Shown: positions 1 to 9,559 of the stretch, piece by piece | Numbering within the stretch: position 1 is the stretch's first letter | How the letters are laid out: the number at the start of each line of letters is the position of its first letter | Origin: Candidatus Eiseniibacteriota bacterium | GTDB taxonomy: Bacteria; Eisenbacteria; RBG-16-71-46; JABDJR01 | Direction: 5' to 3' | Assembly (NCBI GenBank): GCA_963762255.1 | Contig: CAVXKA010000003.1 | Coordinates: 544,001-608,000 of the forward strand | Length of the DNA: 64,000 nt | The notes under the pieces: generated by a model | Seen by the model: the letters and a program-made list of their open reading frames with translations, nothing else | Databases searched by the model: none | What the model was told of the DNA's origin: nothing | Position numbers and translations under genes: made by a program

Positions 1-1526
1 ACCTCTTCCATGGCCACGCCGCCGTGCTGGAAGGAGTTCTTATACATCCGCTCGTACTCGTGAAAATTGGTCGGATAAACGAAGTAGTGGTCCTCGCGCG
101 CGATCAGGTAGTTCTTGTTCAGGAAGTCGTCGGGCAGCCCCCATTCCAGAGGCTTCTTGATCAGGATGGCGTCCTTCTCCTCCCCGCGCAGGTTCGCCCC
201 GTTCTTGTGGCGGAGGTTCGTGCTGGTGTCGCGGTTTCCATAGACGAGGGTCGAGTGGCGCGTCTGCACCGCCCCGTGGTCGCTGGTGAGGATCACGGTG
301 GCGTTCTGCTGGGAGATGAGCTTCAGGGCGTCGCCGAGGGCGGAGTGGCTGAACCACGACTCCAGGAGCGAGCGGAAGGCGGCCTCGTCGGGCACCAACT
401 CCCGAAGCACCGGGTTCTCCGACCGGCCGTGGGTGATCTGATCGAGGAAGTTGAACACGAAGACCACGAGCGGGAGCCCCGCGTAGGTCGAAACCTGCCG
501 CCGCAGCGCCTGCTCCTCTACCTCGGTGAAGATCCGCTGATACTTGAAGTTCAGGTCGGCCCGCCCGAGCGTGTTTAACTGCTCGCGCAGGAACTCCTCC
601 TCGAAGCGGTTCTTCCCCTTCCCCGTCTGCCCCCGCTCCTGCCACCAGTCGGGATAGCGCTCGGCCATCTGGGCGGGGAAGAGCCCGGAGAACATCGCGT
701 TCCGCGAGTAGGGCGTGGCGGTGGGGACGATGGAGTAGTACAGGTTCTCTTCGATGCGAAACGACGGCTCGAGGTGCGACTGCAGGGCCAGCCACTGGTC
801 GTAGCGCATGCAGTCGAGCACCATGAGATAGACGGTGTGCCCGTCGCGGATCTCGGGCAGCACATAGCGCGGCACGATGTCGGTGGAGAGGACGGGGCGA
901 TTCCGGGGATCCGCCACCCACCCGGGATAGGCGCCTTCGATGAAGCGGCCGAAATCCCGGTTCAGCTCCAGCTTGAGATCCATATGCGCTTGCCGCAGCC
1001 CCACGTCCTCGATGGCGAACAACTCGCGCTCCAGATGGGTGAGGCGGCGGTAGGTCTCCAGCCAATCGTCGCGATCCATCGGCTCGAGCCGGCGCTGCTG
1101 GAGACGGTTGAACTCCCCGACATAGTCGCGGGTGAAGCGCCCCTCTTGAAGCTTGGTCCCCTCGGTGAGGCGCTTGATGGTCAGCAGCACCTGGCTCGGG
1201 TGCACCGGCTTCACGAGGTAGTCGCGGATGCGGCGCCCGATGGCGTCCTCCATGAGCGACTCCTCCTCGCTCTTGGTCACCAGCACGACGGGGACTGTGG
1301 CGTCGATGTTCTTGATCGCGTCGAGGGTGGCCAGTCCGCCCATGCCCGGCATCATCTCGTCGAGGAGCACGACGTCGAAGCGTCCCTCCTTGAACCGGGC
1401 GAGGGCGTCCTCGCCGCTCGTCACCGCGGTGACTTCGTAGCCCTTTCCCTCCAGAAAGCGGATGTGGGGCTTGAGAAAATCGATTTCATCGTCCGCCCAG
1501 AGGACGCGACGTTTCGCTTCGGACAT
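1..1526 (-). CDS. porX: PorX-like response regulator (REC + PglZ/alkaline phosphatase-superfamily domain), truncated by the window edge
   Basis: Hand translation from ATG at 1526 gives a receiver domain (MSEAKRRVLWADDEID...VLLDEMMPG...VTKSEEE...YLVKP). It is followed by LDCMRYDQW, SIVPTATPYSRNAMFSG, TSDHG and SFQHGG, typical of PorX. No stop codon before position 1, so it is absent from the ORF track. Confidence 0.88.
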   Translation of the reverse strand, partial: MSEAKRRVLWADDEIDFLKPHIRFLEGKGYEVTAVTSGEDALARFKEGRFDVVLLDEMMPGMGGLATLDAIKNIDATVPVVLVTKSEEESLMEDAIGRRIRDYLVKPVHPSQVLLTIKRLTEGTKLQEGRFTRDYVGEFNRLQQRRLEPMDRDDWLETYRRLTHLERELFAIEDVGLRQAHMDLKLELNRDFGRFIEGAYPGWVADPRNRPVLSTDIVPRYVLPEIRDGHTVYLMVLDCMRYDQWLALQSHLEPSFRIEENLYYSIVPTATPYSRNAMFSGLFPAQMAERYPDWWQERGQTGKGKNRFEEEFLREQLNTLGRADLNFKYQRIFTEVEEQALRRQVSTYAGLPLVVFVFNFLDQITHGRSENPVLRELVPDEAAFRSLLESWFSHSALGDALKLISQQNATVILTSDHGAVQTRHSTLVYGNRDTSTNLRHKNGANLRGEEKDAILIKKPLEWGLPDDFLNKNYLIAREDHYFVYPTNFHEYERMYKNSFQHGGVAMEE

Positions 1527-1586
1527 GGGCTCACCACCTGATCGGTTTAGAGGGAGGCGTCGGACTCGTGGATCGTGAATCGCGGT

Positions 1587-2909
1587 CTAGCCAGGGTTCG
1601 TATCATGATACGCGGCGGGGGGCGCGGCGGGGAGCGTCATCGTGAACTCGGCTCCCTCTCCGGGCTCGGTCCAGGTGAGATCGAGGCGGCCTCGGTGGTA
1701 CTCCTCCACGATGCGCCGGGAGAGAGGAAGCCCCAACCCCCAGCCCCGGGCCCGCGTGCTCACCCCGGGCCGGAAGATCTGAGCCTCCATGCCTGCGGCC
1801 ACCCCGCGCCCGTTGTCGCGCACGGCGATGGCGATCCCCTTACCGGCGGGGAGTCCGCGCAGGCGCACCTCGATCCGACCTCTCCCCTCTTCCACCGCGT
1901 TGAGCGCGTTCTTGATCAGGTTCTCCAGCACCCAGCCGAAGAGCTCGTTGTTGAGAAGCACCGGCGGCGTGTCGGGTTCGAGATCCACCGCCAGCTCCAC
2001 TCCCTGGGGGAAGCGGCGGCGGAAGTAGTCGATGGTCTGCTGGAGCACGGGAACCGGCGAGCCGCGCTCGAGCCGCGGCTTCGACCCGATCTGGCTGAAG
2101 CGCGCAGCCACCCGGTTCAGGCGTTCGGCGTCGCGATCGATCTCGCGCACCGCCTCCTCGTAGAGTTCCCTCGGCAGCGTGGCGGTGTCCTCGCGGACTT
2201 GCGCCTCGTCCTTGAGCACCTCCATCCAGCCGACCAGAGAGGAGAGCGGCGTTCCCATCTGGTGCGCGGTCTCCTTGGCCATGCCCGCCCAGATGAAGCC
2301 CTGCTCCGCGCGCTTCATCCCGCGGATCATGAGAAGGCCGACCGCTCCGAAGACCGCCGCCACCGCGATCGTCACCCACGGCGTCCAGCGCAGCTCGTTC
2401 ACCAGTCCCGGCGATCCGTAGTGGAGATAGATCGCGGGGCCTTCCGATCCGCGCCGCAGCATGGGGATGGGATCGTGGCTGCGGTCCATGTGCTCCCGCT
2501 CCGAGAGCACGCGGGCCAGAGCGGGACTCGGGTTGTTGGGATACTCGTCCAGGATCCGCTCGATGCTGAGCGTGTCTACACCTACCAGCCGGTTCCATAC
2601 CAGCGGCAGACCCGCGCTGTCGGCGGTAATGATGACCGGGAAGTCGAGCGAACGGATGATGCGGCGAAATTCGGTTTGCGCGTCGCGCCCCGCCGCCTCG
2701 TCGTCGAGGGAAAACGTCGTGAACGCGATGAGGTGCGCCACGAGCGCGCCCTTGGATTCGGTCTGGTCCTCCACGCGAAGGGCGAGGCGATGGAAGTAGA
2801 GCAGGAGGGCCAACGCCATCGCCACCGCTCCCACCAGGATGTACACGCGGATGAAGGCAGGGGTGGAGAGACGGCCGGTGCGCGCGGGCAACGGCCAGCG
2901 CGGCCTCAT
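1587..2909 (-). CDS. Membrane sensor histidine kinase, PorY-like
   Basis: Two TM segments, H-box WAGMAKETAHQMGTPLSSL, N-box ENLIKNA, G-boxes DNGRG and GWGLGL. The ATG at 2909 overlaps the serS stop. Confidence 0.9.
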   Translation of the reverse strand: MRPRWPLPARTGRLSTPAFIRVYILVGAVAMALALLLYFHRLALRVEDQTESKGALVAHLIAFTTFSLDDEAAGRDAQTEFRRIIRSLDFPVIITADSAGLPLVWNRLVGVDTLSIERILDEYPNNPSPALARVLSEREHMDRSHDPIPMLRRGSEGPAIYLHYGSPGLVNELRWTPWVTIAVAAVFGAVGLLMIRGMKRAEQGFIWAGMAKETAHQMGTPLSSLVGWMEVLKDEAQVREDTATLPRELYEEAVREIDRDAERLNRVAARFSQIGSKPRLERGSPVPVLQQTIDYFRRRFPQGVELAVDLEPDTPPVLLNNELFGWVLENLIKNALNAVEEGRGRIEVRLRGLPAGKGIAIAVRDNGRGVAAGMEAQIFRPGVSTRARGWGLGLPLSRRIVEEYHRGRLDLTWTEPGEGAEFTMTLPAAPPAAYHDTNPG

Positions 2910-4177
2910 GAGAGTTCGGCGACGCCGTCCAGATAGGGCCGCAAAGGCTCGGGGACGAGCACCGTTGCCCGTTCGGTCTGATAGGTCTCGACCAGCGCGA
3001 TGACGGTGCGCGGCAGGGCGAGGCCGGATCCGTTGAGCGTGTGCAGGAACTGGACCTTGCCTCCGCCTCTGGGCTTGAAACGGATGCCGGCGCGGCGAGC
3101 CTGGAAATCCTCGAAGTTGCTGCATGAGGAGACCTCGAGCCAGCGCTGTGCACCCGGCGCCCAGACCTCGATGTCGTAGCACTTGGCGGCGGCGAAAGAG
3201 AGATCGCCGCTGGCCAGGACCAACACCCGATAGGCCAGACCCAGCCGTTTCAGAACGTCCTCCGCGTTGCCGAGCAACGACTCCAGCTCATCGTACGAGC
3301 GATCCGGGTGGACGAAATTGACCATCTCCACCTTGTCGAACTGGTGGACGCGGGTGAGTCCCTTGGTCTCCTTGCCGTAGGACCCGGCCTCGCGGCGGAA
3401 ACAGGGGGAGTAGCCCACGTGACGAATGGGAAGCTGCTCTTCCTCCAGCGTCTCCTGGGCGTAGAGGTTCGTGATGCTCACTTCGGCGGTCGGGATGAGA
3501 TAGAGCCCGTCCACGTCGGTGCGGTACATGTCCTCGGCGAGCTTGGGGAGCTGCCCGGTCCCTCGGGCCGCCTCCGGCTTCACCAGGAACGGGGTGGACA
3601 CCTCCGTGTAGCCGTGTTCCTTCGTATGAAGATCGAGCATGAAGTTGATGAGGGCGCGCTCGAGGCGCGCCCCCATCTTTGTGAACACCGCAAAGCCGGG
3701 GCCGCTCATGCGAGTAGCCCGCTCGAAATCGAAGAGCCCCATGGCCGTGCCCAGATCGTCGTGGGTGCGCGCGGCAAACGCGTGCCGGACCGGCTCGCCC
3801 CAGGTGCGGACAAGCTGGTTATGGCTCTCGTCGCCGCGAGGCACGCTCGCGTGCGGCAGGTTGGGGAACCACTGAGCGAGGTCGTCCAGCGCCGCGTCGG
3901 TCTCGCGCACGCGGTCGTCGAGGGACTTGATCTCGTCCCCCATCCCCCGCACCCGATCCTGCATGGCTCCCGCGTCGCCCCCGGACTTCATGAGCTGCCC
4001 GATCTCACGGCTCATCGCGTTGCGGTCGGCCTTGAGCTGCTCGACCTTGGCCAGCATCTCTCGGCGCTCCTCGTCGAGGGCGAGCCAGCGGTCCACGTCG
4101 GCGTTGGCCTGATTCTTCGACCGGGCGCCTTCCTTGACGCGCTCCGGTTCGCTGCGGATGAGCTTGGGGTCGAGCAT
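2906..4177 (-). CDS. serS: Serine--tRNA ligase
   Basis: MLDPKLIR N-terminus, LIPTAEV, CFRREAG, RVHQFDKVE, EVSSCSN, HTLNGSGLA. Confidence 0.98.
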   Translation of the reverse strand: MLDPKLIRSEPERVKEGARSKNQANADVDRWLALDEERREMLAKVEQLKADRNAMSREIGQLMKSGGDAGAMQDRVRGMGDEIKSLDDRVRETDAALDDLAQWFPNLPHASVPRGDESHNQLVRTWGEPVRHAFAARTHDDLGTAMGLFDFERATRMSGPGFAVFTKMGARLERALINFMLDLHTKEHGYTEVSTPFLVKPEAARGTGQLPKLAEDMYRTDVDGLYLIPTAEVSITNLYAQETLEEEQLPIRHVGYSPCFRREAGSYGKETKGLTRVHQFDKVEMVNFVHPDRSYDELESLLGNAEDVLKRLGLAYRVLVLASGDLSFAAAKCYDIEVWAPGAQRWLEVSSCSNFEDFQARRAGIRFKPRGGGKVQFLHTLNGSGLALPRTVIALVETYQTERATVLVPEPLRPYLDGVAELS

Positions 4178-4199
4178 GGGTTCCTCGATGCGGCGGCGC

Positions 4200-5171
4200 C
4201 TAGAAGCCGCCCCTCGGTTCCGGCTTGAAGCGGCCGTAGTCGTCGATGAGCTGGAAGGCGTAGGTGAACCGGATGCGGTTGAGCTTGATGCTGGTCGACG
4301 CCCCGGTCGGGGTGAGGTTCTTCGTGAGATTGGTCACCCGCAGCTTGACCCAGTGCCCGTCGTGCAGGTAGAGGGCGTAGGTGTGGTCGTTGATCACCTT
4401 CACCACCTCGGTGAGGTCGGCCACGTTGGGCGCAATCGAGGTGTTCCACGCAGTAATCCCGGCACCCAGGTCCTTGAACTTGGTGCTGTGGCGCGTGGGA
4501 TAGCCGACTGTGAAGGCGGCCTGGGCAGGGCTGATGAACTGACTGCCGTCATCCGCCGAGTTCAGTTCCTCCATCATGAAGAAGTCGATCAGTGCGCTGT
4601 TCCCGGCGGCGGTCTCATAGGGAAGTCCCACGCCGTTCGCGCGCGTCCAGCCGAAACCGCTCCGGCTGTTCGTGCTGGCGTGGTAGTCCCACATCAGCAA
4701 GTTGGCGTCGGTGTTCTCGTTGTCCCCTTCGGGGCGCGGCGAGGAATTGATCTCGTTGGAGGCGAGGCTGATGCGATCGTCCTCGCGCGCGCTGCGCACG
4801 TGGACGAAGTACTTCTTGCCCTGCTGGAGCGCCGTCCCGTTGCCGGTGCGATCCACGACATAGGTGCGGGCGACCACCGGGTTGTCGTTGATCTTGCGCG
4901 CTTCCAGGAACGCTCCGCCACCGGTGGTGGCGGTGTCGCCGGCCGCGGCGATCGAGACGGTATCGATGTAGACGTAGTACCCGTCGAAGCGGTCCGAGGA
5001 TTCGAACGGGCTCGCTGCCCAGGAGATCACGATCGAGCTGATCTCGGTGGTAAAGGTCACGTTGGTGGGGGGGGCGATCTCGTCGCTCGGACGCACCGGG
5101 CTGTCCTCGCCGCACCCCGCGGCGAACGCACCCGCGACGGCGATGAACGCAAACAATTTCAGAGTTCTCAT
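4200..5171 (-). CDS. Lipoprotein with an FN3-like N-terminal region and a possible HmuY-like C-terminal domain
   Basis: ATG at 5171 follows AGGAG. Signal peptide with lipobox AAGC; PPTNV...ISW...GYYVY FN3-like pattern; C-terminal TYALYLHDGHWVKLRV...IRFTYAFQ. Domain calls are by eye. Confidence 0.7.
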   Translation of the reverse strand: MRTLKLFAFIAVAGAFAAGCGEDSPVRPSDEIAPPTNVTFTTEISSIVISWAASPFESSDRFDGYYVYIDTVSIAAAGDTATTGGGAFLEARKINDNPVVARTYVVDRTGNGTALQQGKKYFVHVRSAREDDRISLASNEINSSPRPEGDNENTDANLLMWDYHASTNSRSGFGWTRANGVGLPYETAAGNSALIDFFMMEELNSADDGSQFISPAQAAFTVGYPTRHSTKFKDLGAGITAWNTSIAPNVADLTEVVKVINDHTYALYLHDGHWVKLRVTNLTKNLTPTGASTSIKLNRIRFTYAFQLIDDYGRFKPEPRGGF

Positions 5172-5289
5172 GCTCCTACTCCTCTCCATCTGATGAAGTT
5201 GCCCCGTCGGGCGGACCAGTGCCGGGGCGATGATCGAATGGCCTCCGATGAATTGATGCCGTCGGCCCAAACGGCAGGAGGCCTTTGGA

Positions 5290-5318
5290 ACGCTACCAGC
5301 AGGGGCTCAATCGGGCAA
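5290..5318 (-). promoter_or_regulatory. Putative sigma70 promoter for the lipoprotein-serS-kinase-regulator unit
   Basis: TTGCCC-N17-TAGCGT on the minus strand in the intergenic region. Confidence 0.45.
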
Positions 5319-5347
5319 GCGGGGGGGGCTCGCGCCGTCCGCGCGCC

Positions 5348-6448
5348 TTACGCCACTTCGCGCTCGGCGACGGGCTCGTTCTTGAGGAATACCGAGAGGA
5401 ACCGGCGCGAGCGCACAGGAACCCTGGCGAGGACCACACCGAGGCTCGCGTAGAGGGCGATCGCCACCACGACCAGGGACCACGCGACCGGAGCGGGCGC
5501 GTTGAGGGCGCCGAGTCCTGCCACTCCGGAGAGGGCGTTCAGTCCGTACACCGTCCACAGCGCGCGCCGTCCGGGACCGAGAATCGCGTGCAGGCGATGG
5601 GTGGTGTGATCGATACCGCCCACGTAGACCGGCCGCCGCTCGATGATGCGGGTGACGGTGACGAAGGTCACATCGAAGATCGGGTAGGCCAGAACCAGCA
5701 CGATCGCCGCCGCCGGAGAGCCGAAGGTGAGGAACTGCGGGCCGGCGAGTTGCCAGCCCACCGCGGCGAGCAGGAAGCCGATGAAGAACGCGCCCGCGTC
5801 ACCGAGGAAGATCGTGGCCGGCGGAAAGTTGAAGCAGAGGAACCCGAGCGAGGCACCCCCCGCTGCCAGCGCCAGGGCGGCCATGTCGGGCCGGCCCAGC
5901 TTGAGCGCCAAGACACCCATGAAGAGCCCGATCAACGAGCCGATCCCTCCCAGGATCCCATCCATGTTGTCGAGCAGATTGAACGCGTTCATGTGCCCGA
6001 TCATCCACAGGAGCCCGATGGGCCAGAGCAGGAGCGCCCACGACCAGCCAACGGGGACAAGCGGAGCGAGGAAGACGACGGAGAGCACGATCTGTCCGAC
6101 CAGTTTCTGAAGCGGTCTCAGCACGAAGCGGTCGTCGATCAAGCCCAACAGAAGAGCGCCGGTGGCGACGAAGAGCGTGGTGGGGACGGCGGCCCGAGGG
6201 AGCGCACCGCGAGCCCAGGACTCGGTCAGCGCCGGGAGTTGCGGCGCAAGGATTGCGAAGGCGAGCCCGGCGGAGAGGGCCACGGCAAGGCCTCCGAGAA
6301 ACGGCGTGGGACGGCGGTGGACGCGATCGTTGCGGGGGTAATCGATGAACCCGGAAGCGATGGCCAGAAATCGGCTAAGGGGAGTGAAAACGAGCGCGAG
6401 GACGAAGGCCCCGATCAGGGTCGCAACATACGGCAGGGAAAAATCCAC
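5348..6448 (-). CDS. wecA: MraY/WecA-family undecaprenyl-phosphate GlcNAc-1-P transferase
   Basis: Multi-TM protein; HRRPTPFLGG, GLIDD, NAFNLLDNMDG, NFPPATIFLGDAG, DHTTHRL. Confidence 0.9.
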   Translation of the reverse strand: MDFSLPYVATLIGAFVLALVFTPLSRFLAIASGFIDYPRNDRVHRRPTPFLGGLAVALSAGLAFAILAPQLPALTESWARGALPRAAVPTTLFVATGALLLGLIDDRFVLRPLQKLVGQIVLSVVFLAPLVPVGWSWALLLWPIGLLWMIGHMNAFNLLDNMDGILGGIGSLIGLFMGVLALKLGRPDMAALALAAGGASLGFLCFNFPPATIFLGDAGAFFIGFLLAAVGWQLAGPQFLTFGSPAAAIVLVLAYPIFDVTFVTVTRIIERRPVYVGGIDHTTHRLHAILGPGRRALWTVYGLNALSGVAGLGALNAPAPVAWSLVVVAIALYASLGVVLARVPVRSRRFLSVFLKNEPVAEREVA

Positions 6449-6712
6449 CGCGCCTCCACGGTTTGAAACACCCCCGGGCTTTGGACCTCCGCCGGCGACG
6501 CCGGACCGGGATCCGGCTCCGGGAACCGATACCCGCTTCCACGTACTGTGTGCATCGACGGGTCAAGCCCGTCTCAAGTTATCGGTAGCCAGGTTGTCGC
6601 GGTATAGACCCTTCCGGGCTGGCGGTTCAAACCACACGGTGGACCCGTGTTGCACTGACTCTAGGGGGGCGCACCGAAAGCTGTCAAGCGAGTGTGCGGT
6701 CGGGTTTTGCTG

Positions 6713-6741
6713 TTGCCGCCCCTCCGCCCCGGTGATAGCCT
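6713..6741 (+). promoter_or_regulatory. Putative sigma70 promoter of the wza-like operon
   Basis: TTGCCG-N17-TAGCCT with a TG extension, 11 nt before ATG 6753. Confidence 0.5.
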
Positions 6742-6752
6742 TTCGCGTTCTA

Positions 6753-8366
6753 ATGAGAGCCGGCAAGTATTCCCCGAGTCGATCCGCCCTCTTGGTTCTT
6801 GTCCCGGTTGCGCTCGTTCTGGCGTTTGCTTCCGCGGGCGCCCAGCAAATCCCCGGCGACATCCTGCAGCGCCTCGCCGGCGCGCAGGCCGGCCAGCCCG
6901 ATCAACTGTCGAGCGGCGGCGTCGTTCTGGAAGGCTCGGTGGATCCCGCTGCCTATCGCCTCGGCCCCGGAGACCGCCTGCGCATCCAGTCGATCGGTAA
7001 GGCGGCATTCACCCTCGTTTCCATCGTCGATGCGGAGGGATGGCTGAGCCTCGGCGAGTACGGCTCGATCGAGGTGGGGGGCTCCACGCTGGACGAGGGC
7101 CGTCGGCGCATCCGCACCCGCCTCGCCTCGTTCCTTCGCGACGGTCAGGTGGAGGTCCGACTGCAGGAGATCCGCCGGTTCAAGGTGTACGTGCTGGGTG
7201 AGGTCGCTCGACCCGACGCCTACTCGGTCACCGCGGCCACCCGCGCCGCCGAAGCCATCGCGATGGCCGGTGGCACTTCGGACAGCGCCTCGGTGCGCGG
7301 CATCCGGATCCTCCGCAGCGACCCCGCCGGAGAGATCCCCGTGGATCTGGTCGCGTTTCGCATCGCCGGAGCCTTGGAGGGCAACCCGTTCCTGAGCGAC
7401 GGCGACCGCGTCGTCGTGCCGAGGCGCGGGCGTGTGTTCGGCGCGTTTGGAGCGGTGAACCACCCCGGTGTCTGGGATCTGCGCGACGGAGAAACACTCG
7501 ACGATGTTCTCTCGTGGATAGGCCTTGCCCCCGACGCCGACAGCGGGCGCGCGTTCATCGCCCGCTTCCGCGCGCAAGAGGCCGGAGGCGCCGCCGACCG
7601 GTACGACACGCTTGGCGTTGCGCTCGACCGCGTGTTGAGCGGTGAGGATCGCCGGGTGCTCGCCGACGGCGACCGGCTCTACGTGCCTCGCATCCCCCGC
7701 CGGCATGCCGCGGCGTCGGTGCGCGTCGAGGGCGCGGTGAATCACCCCGGCGACTACCCCATCTTCGAGGGCGAGGATCGCGCACAGGACGCCCTGGCCG
7801 CGGCGGGAGGGCTCCTTCCCGACGCGCTCCCGACCCGCGTGACGCTGGTGCGCCGCGCCGCGCCCGATTCCGTATCGATGTTCGAGGCCCTGCGCCAGCC
7901 GGCGCCGGTCTTCGATCTCACCACCACCGAGCAAGCCCGGCTTCATCTCTCGTTCTCCCCCGACGCGGGCCGCATGACGTTTGACGCAAGCGCCGGCGAG
8001 GGCCCGCTCTTGGCGGATGGCGACCGCATCGTGGTGCCGCGCGCCTCCAACCGCATCGAGGTGACCGGCGAGGTGGTCAACGCCGGGTTCTTCGCCTACA
8101 TCGACGGCTGGGAAGCCGACGACTATCTCGACGCCGCCGGAGGGCCGACACGTCAGGCCGACAAGAAGCGAATCCGCCTCCTGCGCGGCGTCGACGGAAC
8201 CGCGACCGAAGCCGACAAGGCGGGAGCGCTCGCTCCCGGCGATATTCTGTACGTGCCCGAGAAGAGCCGGACCGCACGCAGCACCTGGGACATCGTGCGC
8301 GAGGTCTTCGGCATCGCCGCGCAGGTGGCCACGGTCGTGCTGATCATCGATCAGATCAACAAATGA
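6753..8366 (+). CDS. Polysaccharide export protein with multiple SLBB domains (Wza/KpsD-like)
   Basis: Signal peptide, Poly_export motif YRLGPGDRL, and repeated V-G-E/A-V-x-x-P-G...LxDGDxxxVP units. Confidence 0.9.
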   Translation: MRAGKYSPSRSALLVLVPVALVLAFASAGAQQIPGDILQRLAGAQAGQPDQLSSGGVVLEGSVDPAAYRLGPGDRLRIQSIGKAAFTLVSIVDAEGWLSLGEYGSIEVGGSTLDEGRRRIRTRLASFLRDGQVEVRLQEIRRFKVYVLGEVARPDAYSVTAATRAAEAIAMAGGTSDSASVRGIRILRSDPAGEIPVDLVAFRIAGALEGNPFLSDGDRVVVPRRGRVFGAFGAVNHPGVWDLRDGETLDDVLSWIGLAPDADSGRAFIARFRAQEAGGAADRYDTLGVALDRVLSGEDRRVLADGDRLYVPRIPRRHAAASVRVEGAVNHPGDYPIFEGEDRAQDALAAAGGLLPDALPTRVTLVRRAAPDSVSMFEALRQPAPVFDLTTTEQARLHLSFSPDAGRMTFDASAGEGPLLADGDRIVVPRASNRIEVTGEVVNAGFFAYIDGWEADDYLDAAGGPTRQADKKRIRLLRGVDGTATEADKAGALAPGDILYVPEKSRTARSTWDIVREVFGIAAQVATVVLIIDQINK

Positions 8367-8376
8367 CGCGCAAACC

Positions 8377-9545
8377 ATGCCGGAGACCGTGCCCATGACC
8401 GAGCCGCGGAACGATCTCTCCGAGTTCTTCCTCATGCTGCTGCGGCGCCGCCGTTTCCTGGTCTGGAACACGGTGGTGGTGACCCTGCTCGTGCTGGGGA
8501 TCACCTTTGTGCTCACCCCTCGCTTCACCGCGGTAACCACCATCCTTCCTCCGCAGAGCGAGGGCGAGGGGATGCTGGGGCTGAGCAGCCTGCTCCAGCG
8601 CTTCGACATCGCACAGCTGGGCCTGACCGGAGCCACGTCGTCGGCGCAGGTGTACGTGGCGATTCTGAAGAGCCGCACCATCGCGGACACCCTCGTCGCG
8701 GAATATGGCCTCGTGCGATCACTACAAGCTGAAGACCGCGGCTTCGGCGGGGCGCGCCCTGCGCGGGAACACGGACGTGCGGCTCGCCTCCACGGGAGTG
8801 ATTCAGGTCTCGGTCACCGACAAGGATCGCAACCTGGCCGCGACGCTGGCCAACGCCTACGTCGCCAAGCTGGACCGGCTCAATCGCGCGCTGCGCACCG
8901 GCGAGGGGAAGCGGACGCGGATCTTCGTGGAGGAGCGCATCGAGGCCACGCAGCTCCGTTTGAGCGCGGCCGAGGACTCGCTGCTCGTCTTCCAGAAGCA
9001 GCACCCGGGGATGGTGCTGCCCTCCGGACATGGCCGCCTCGGCGGGCGCGGCCGCCGATCTCATGGCGCAGCGCATCGCGATGGGTTACGAACTCGAACT
9101 CATGCGTTCCACCCTCAGCGCCGGGGCGCCCCCTCTCGTGCGCAAGGAGACCGAGGTGGCGGCGCTGGACAGCGAACTGGGAGGCGTGCCGGATCTCGGC
9201 ATGGAGATGGCGCGCCGCTACCGCGACTTCAAAGTTCAGGAGAAGGTGTTCGAACTCCTGAGCGCCCAACTCGAAGCCGCCCGCATCAAGGAGAGCAAGG
9301 ACGTCACCACCGTGGACGTGCTCGACTCGGCGGTGCCGCCCGACCGGCGCAGCTTCCCGAGGCGCGGGCTCATGACCGGGCTGGCGTTCCTGGTCTCCAC
9401 GCTGCTTGGTGTATTGACCGCGGTGGGCCTTGAGATCCTGGGGCACATCCGTCTGGCCGACGATCAGCGATTTCGATCCGCGATCACTCCGGGCGGCTTC
9501 CTGGACCGCGTGCTGTTCGGATCGGGTCGCCGCGAAACAGACTGA
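8377..9545 (+). CDS. Wzz/GumC-family polysaccharide co-polymerase (two apparent +1 frameshifts)
   Basis: N-terminal TM plus ILPP...ILKSRTIA, coiled coil, and C-terminal VDVLDSAVPPDRRSFPRR plus TM. Spread over three frames (ORFs 8377, 8705, 9030) with breaks near 8715 and 9021. Confidence 0.82.
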
Positions 9546-9559
9546 ACGCTGTGACTCCG

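Noticed and set aside
1-1526. PglZ domain as evidence of a BREX defence system
   Set aside because: It is fused to a receiver domain with PorX-type motifs, sits beside a kinase, and no brx genes are nearby.
1755-1770. Half-sites of the GCTCACCCGGGTGAGC palindrome inside coding regions (also near 12003 and 55409)
   Set aside because: These are partial matches explained by common codon runs in GC-rich genes, not full palindromes.
5195-5285. Known riboswitch (fluoride, c-di-GMP) or T-box upstream of serS
   Set aside because: The consensus motifs are not matched on the transcribed strand, and no T-box sequence or U-tract terminator is evident.
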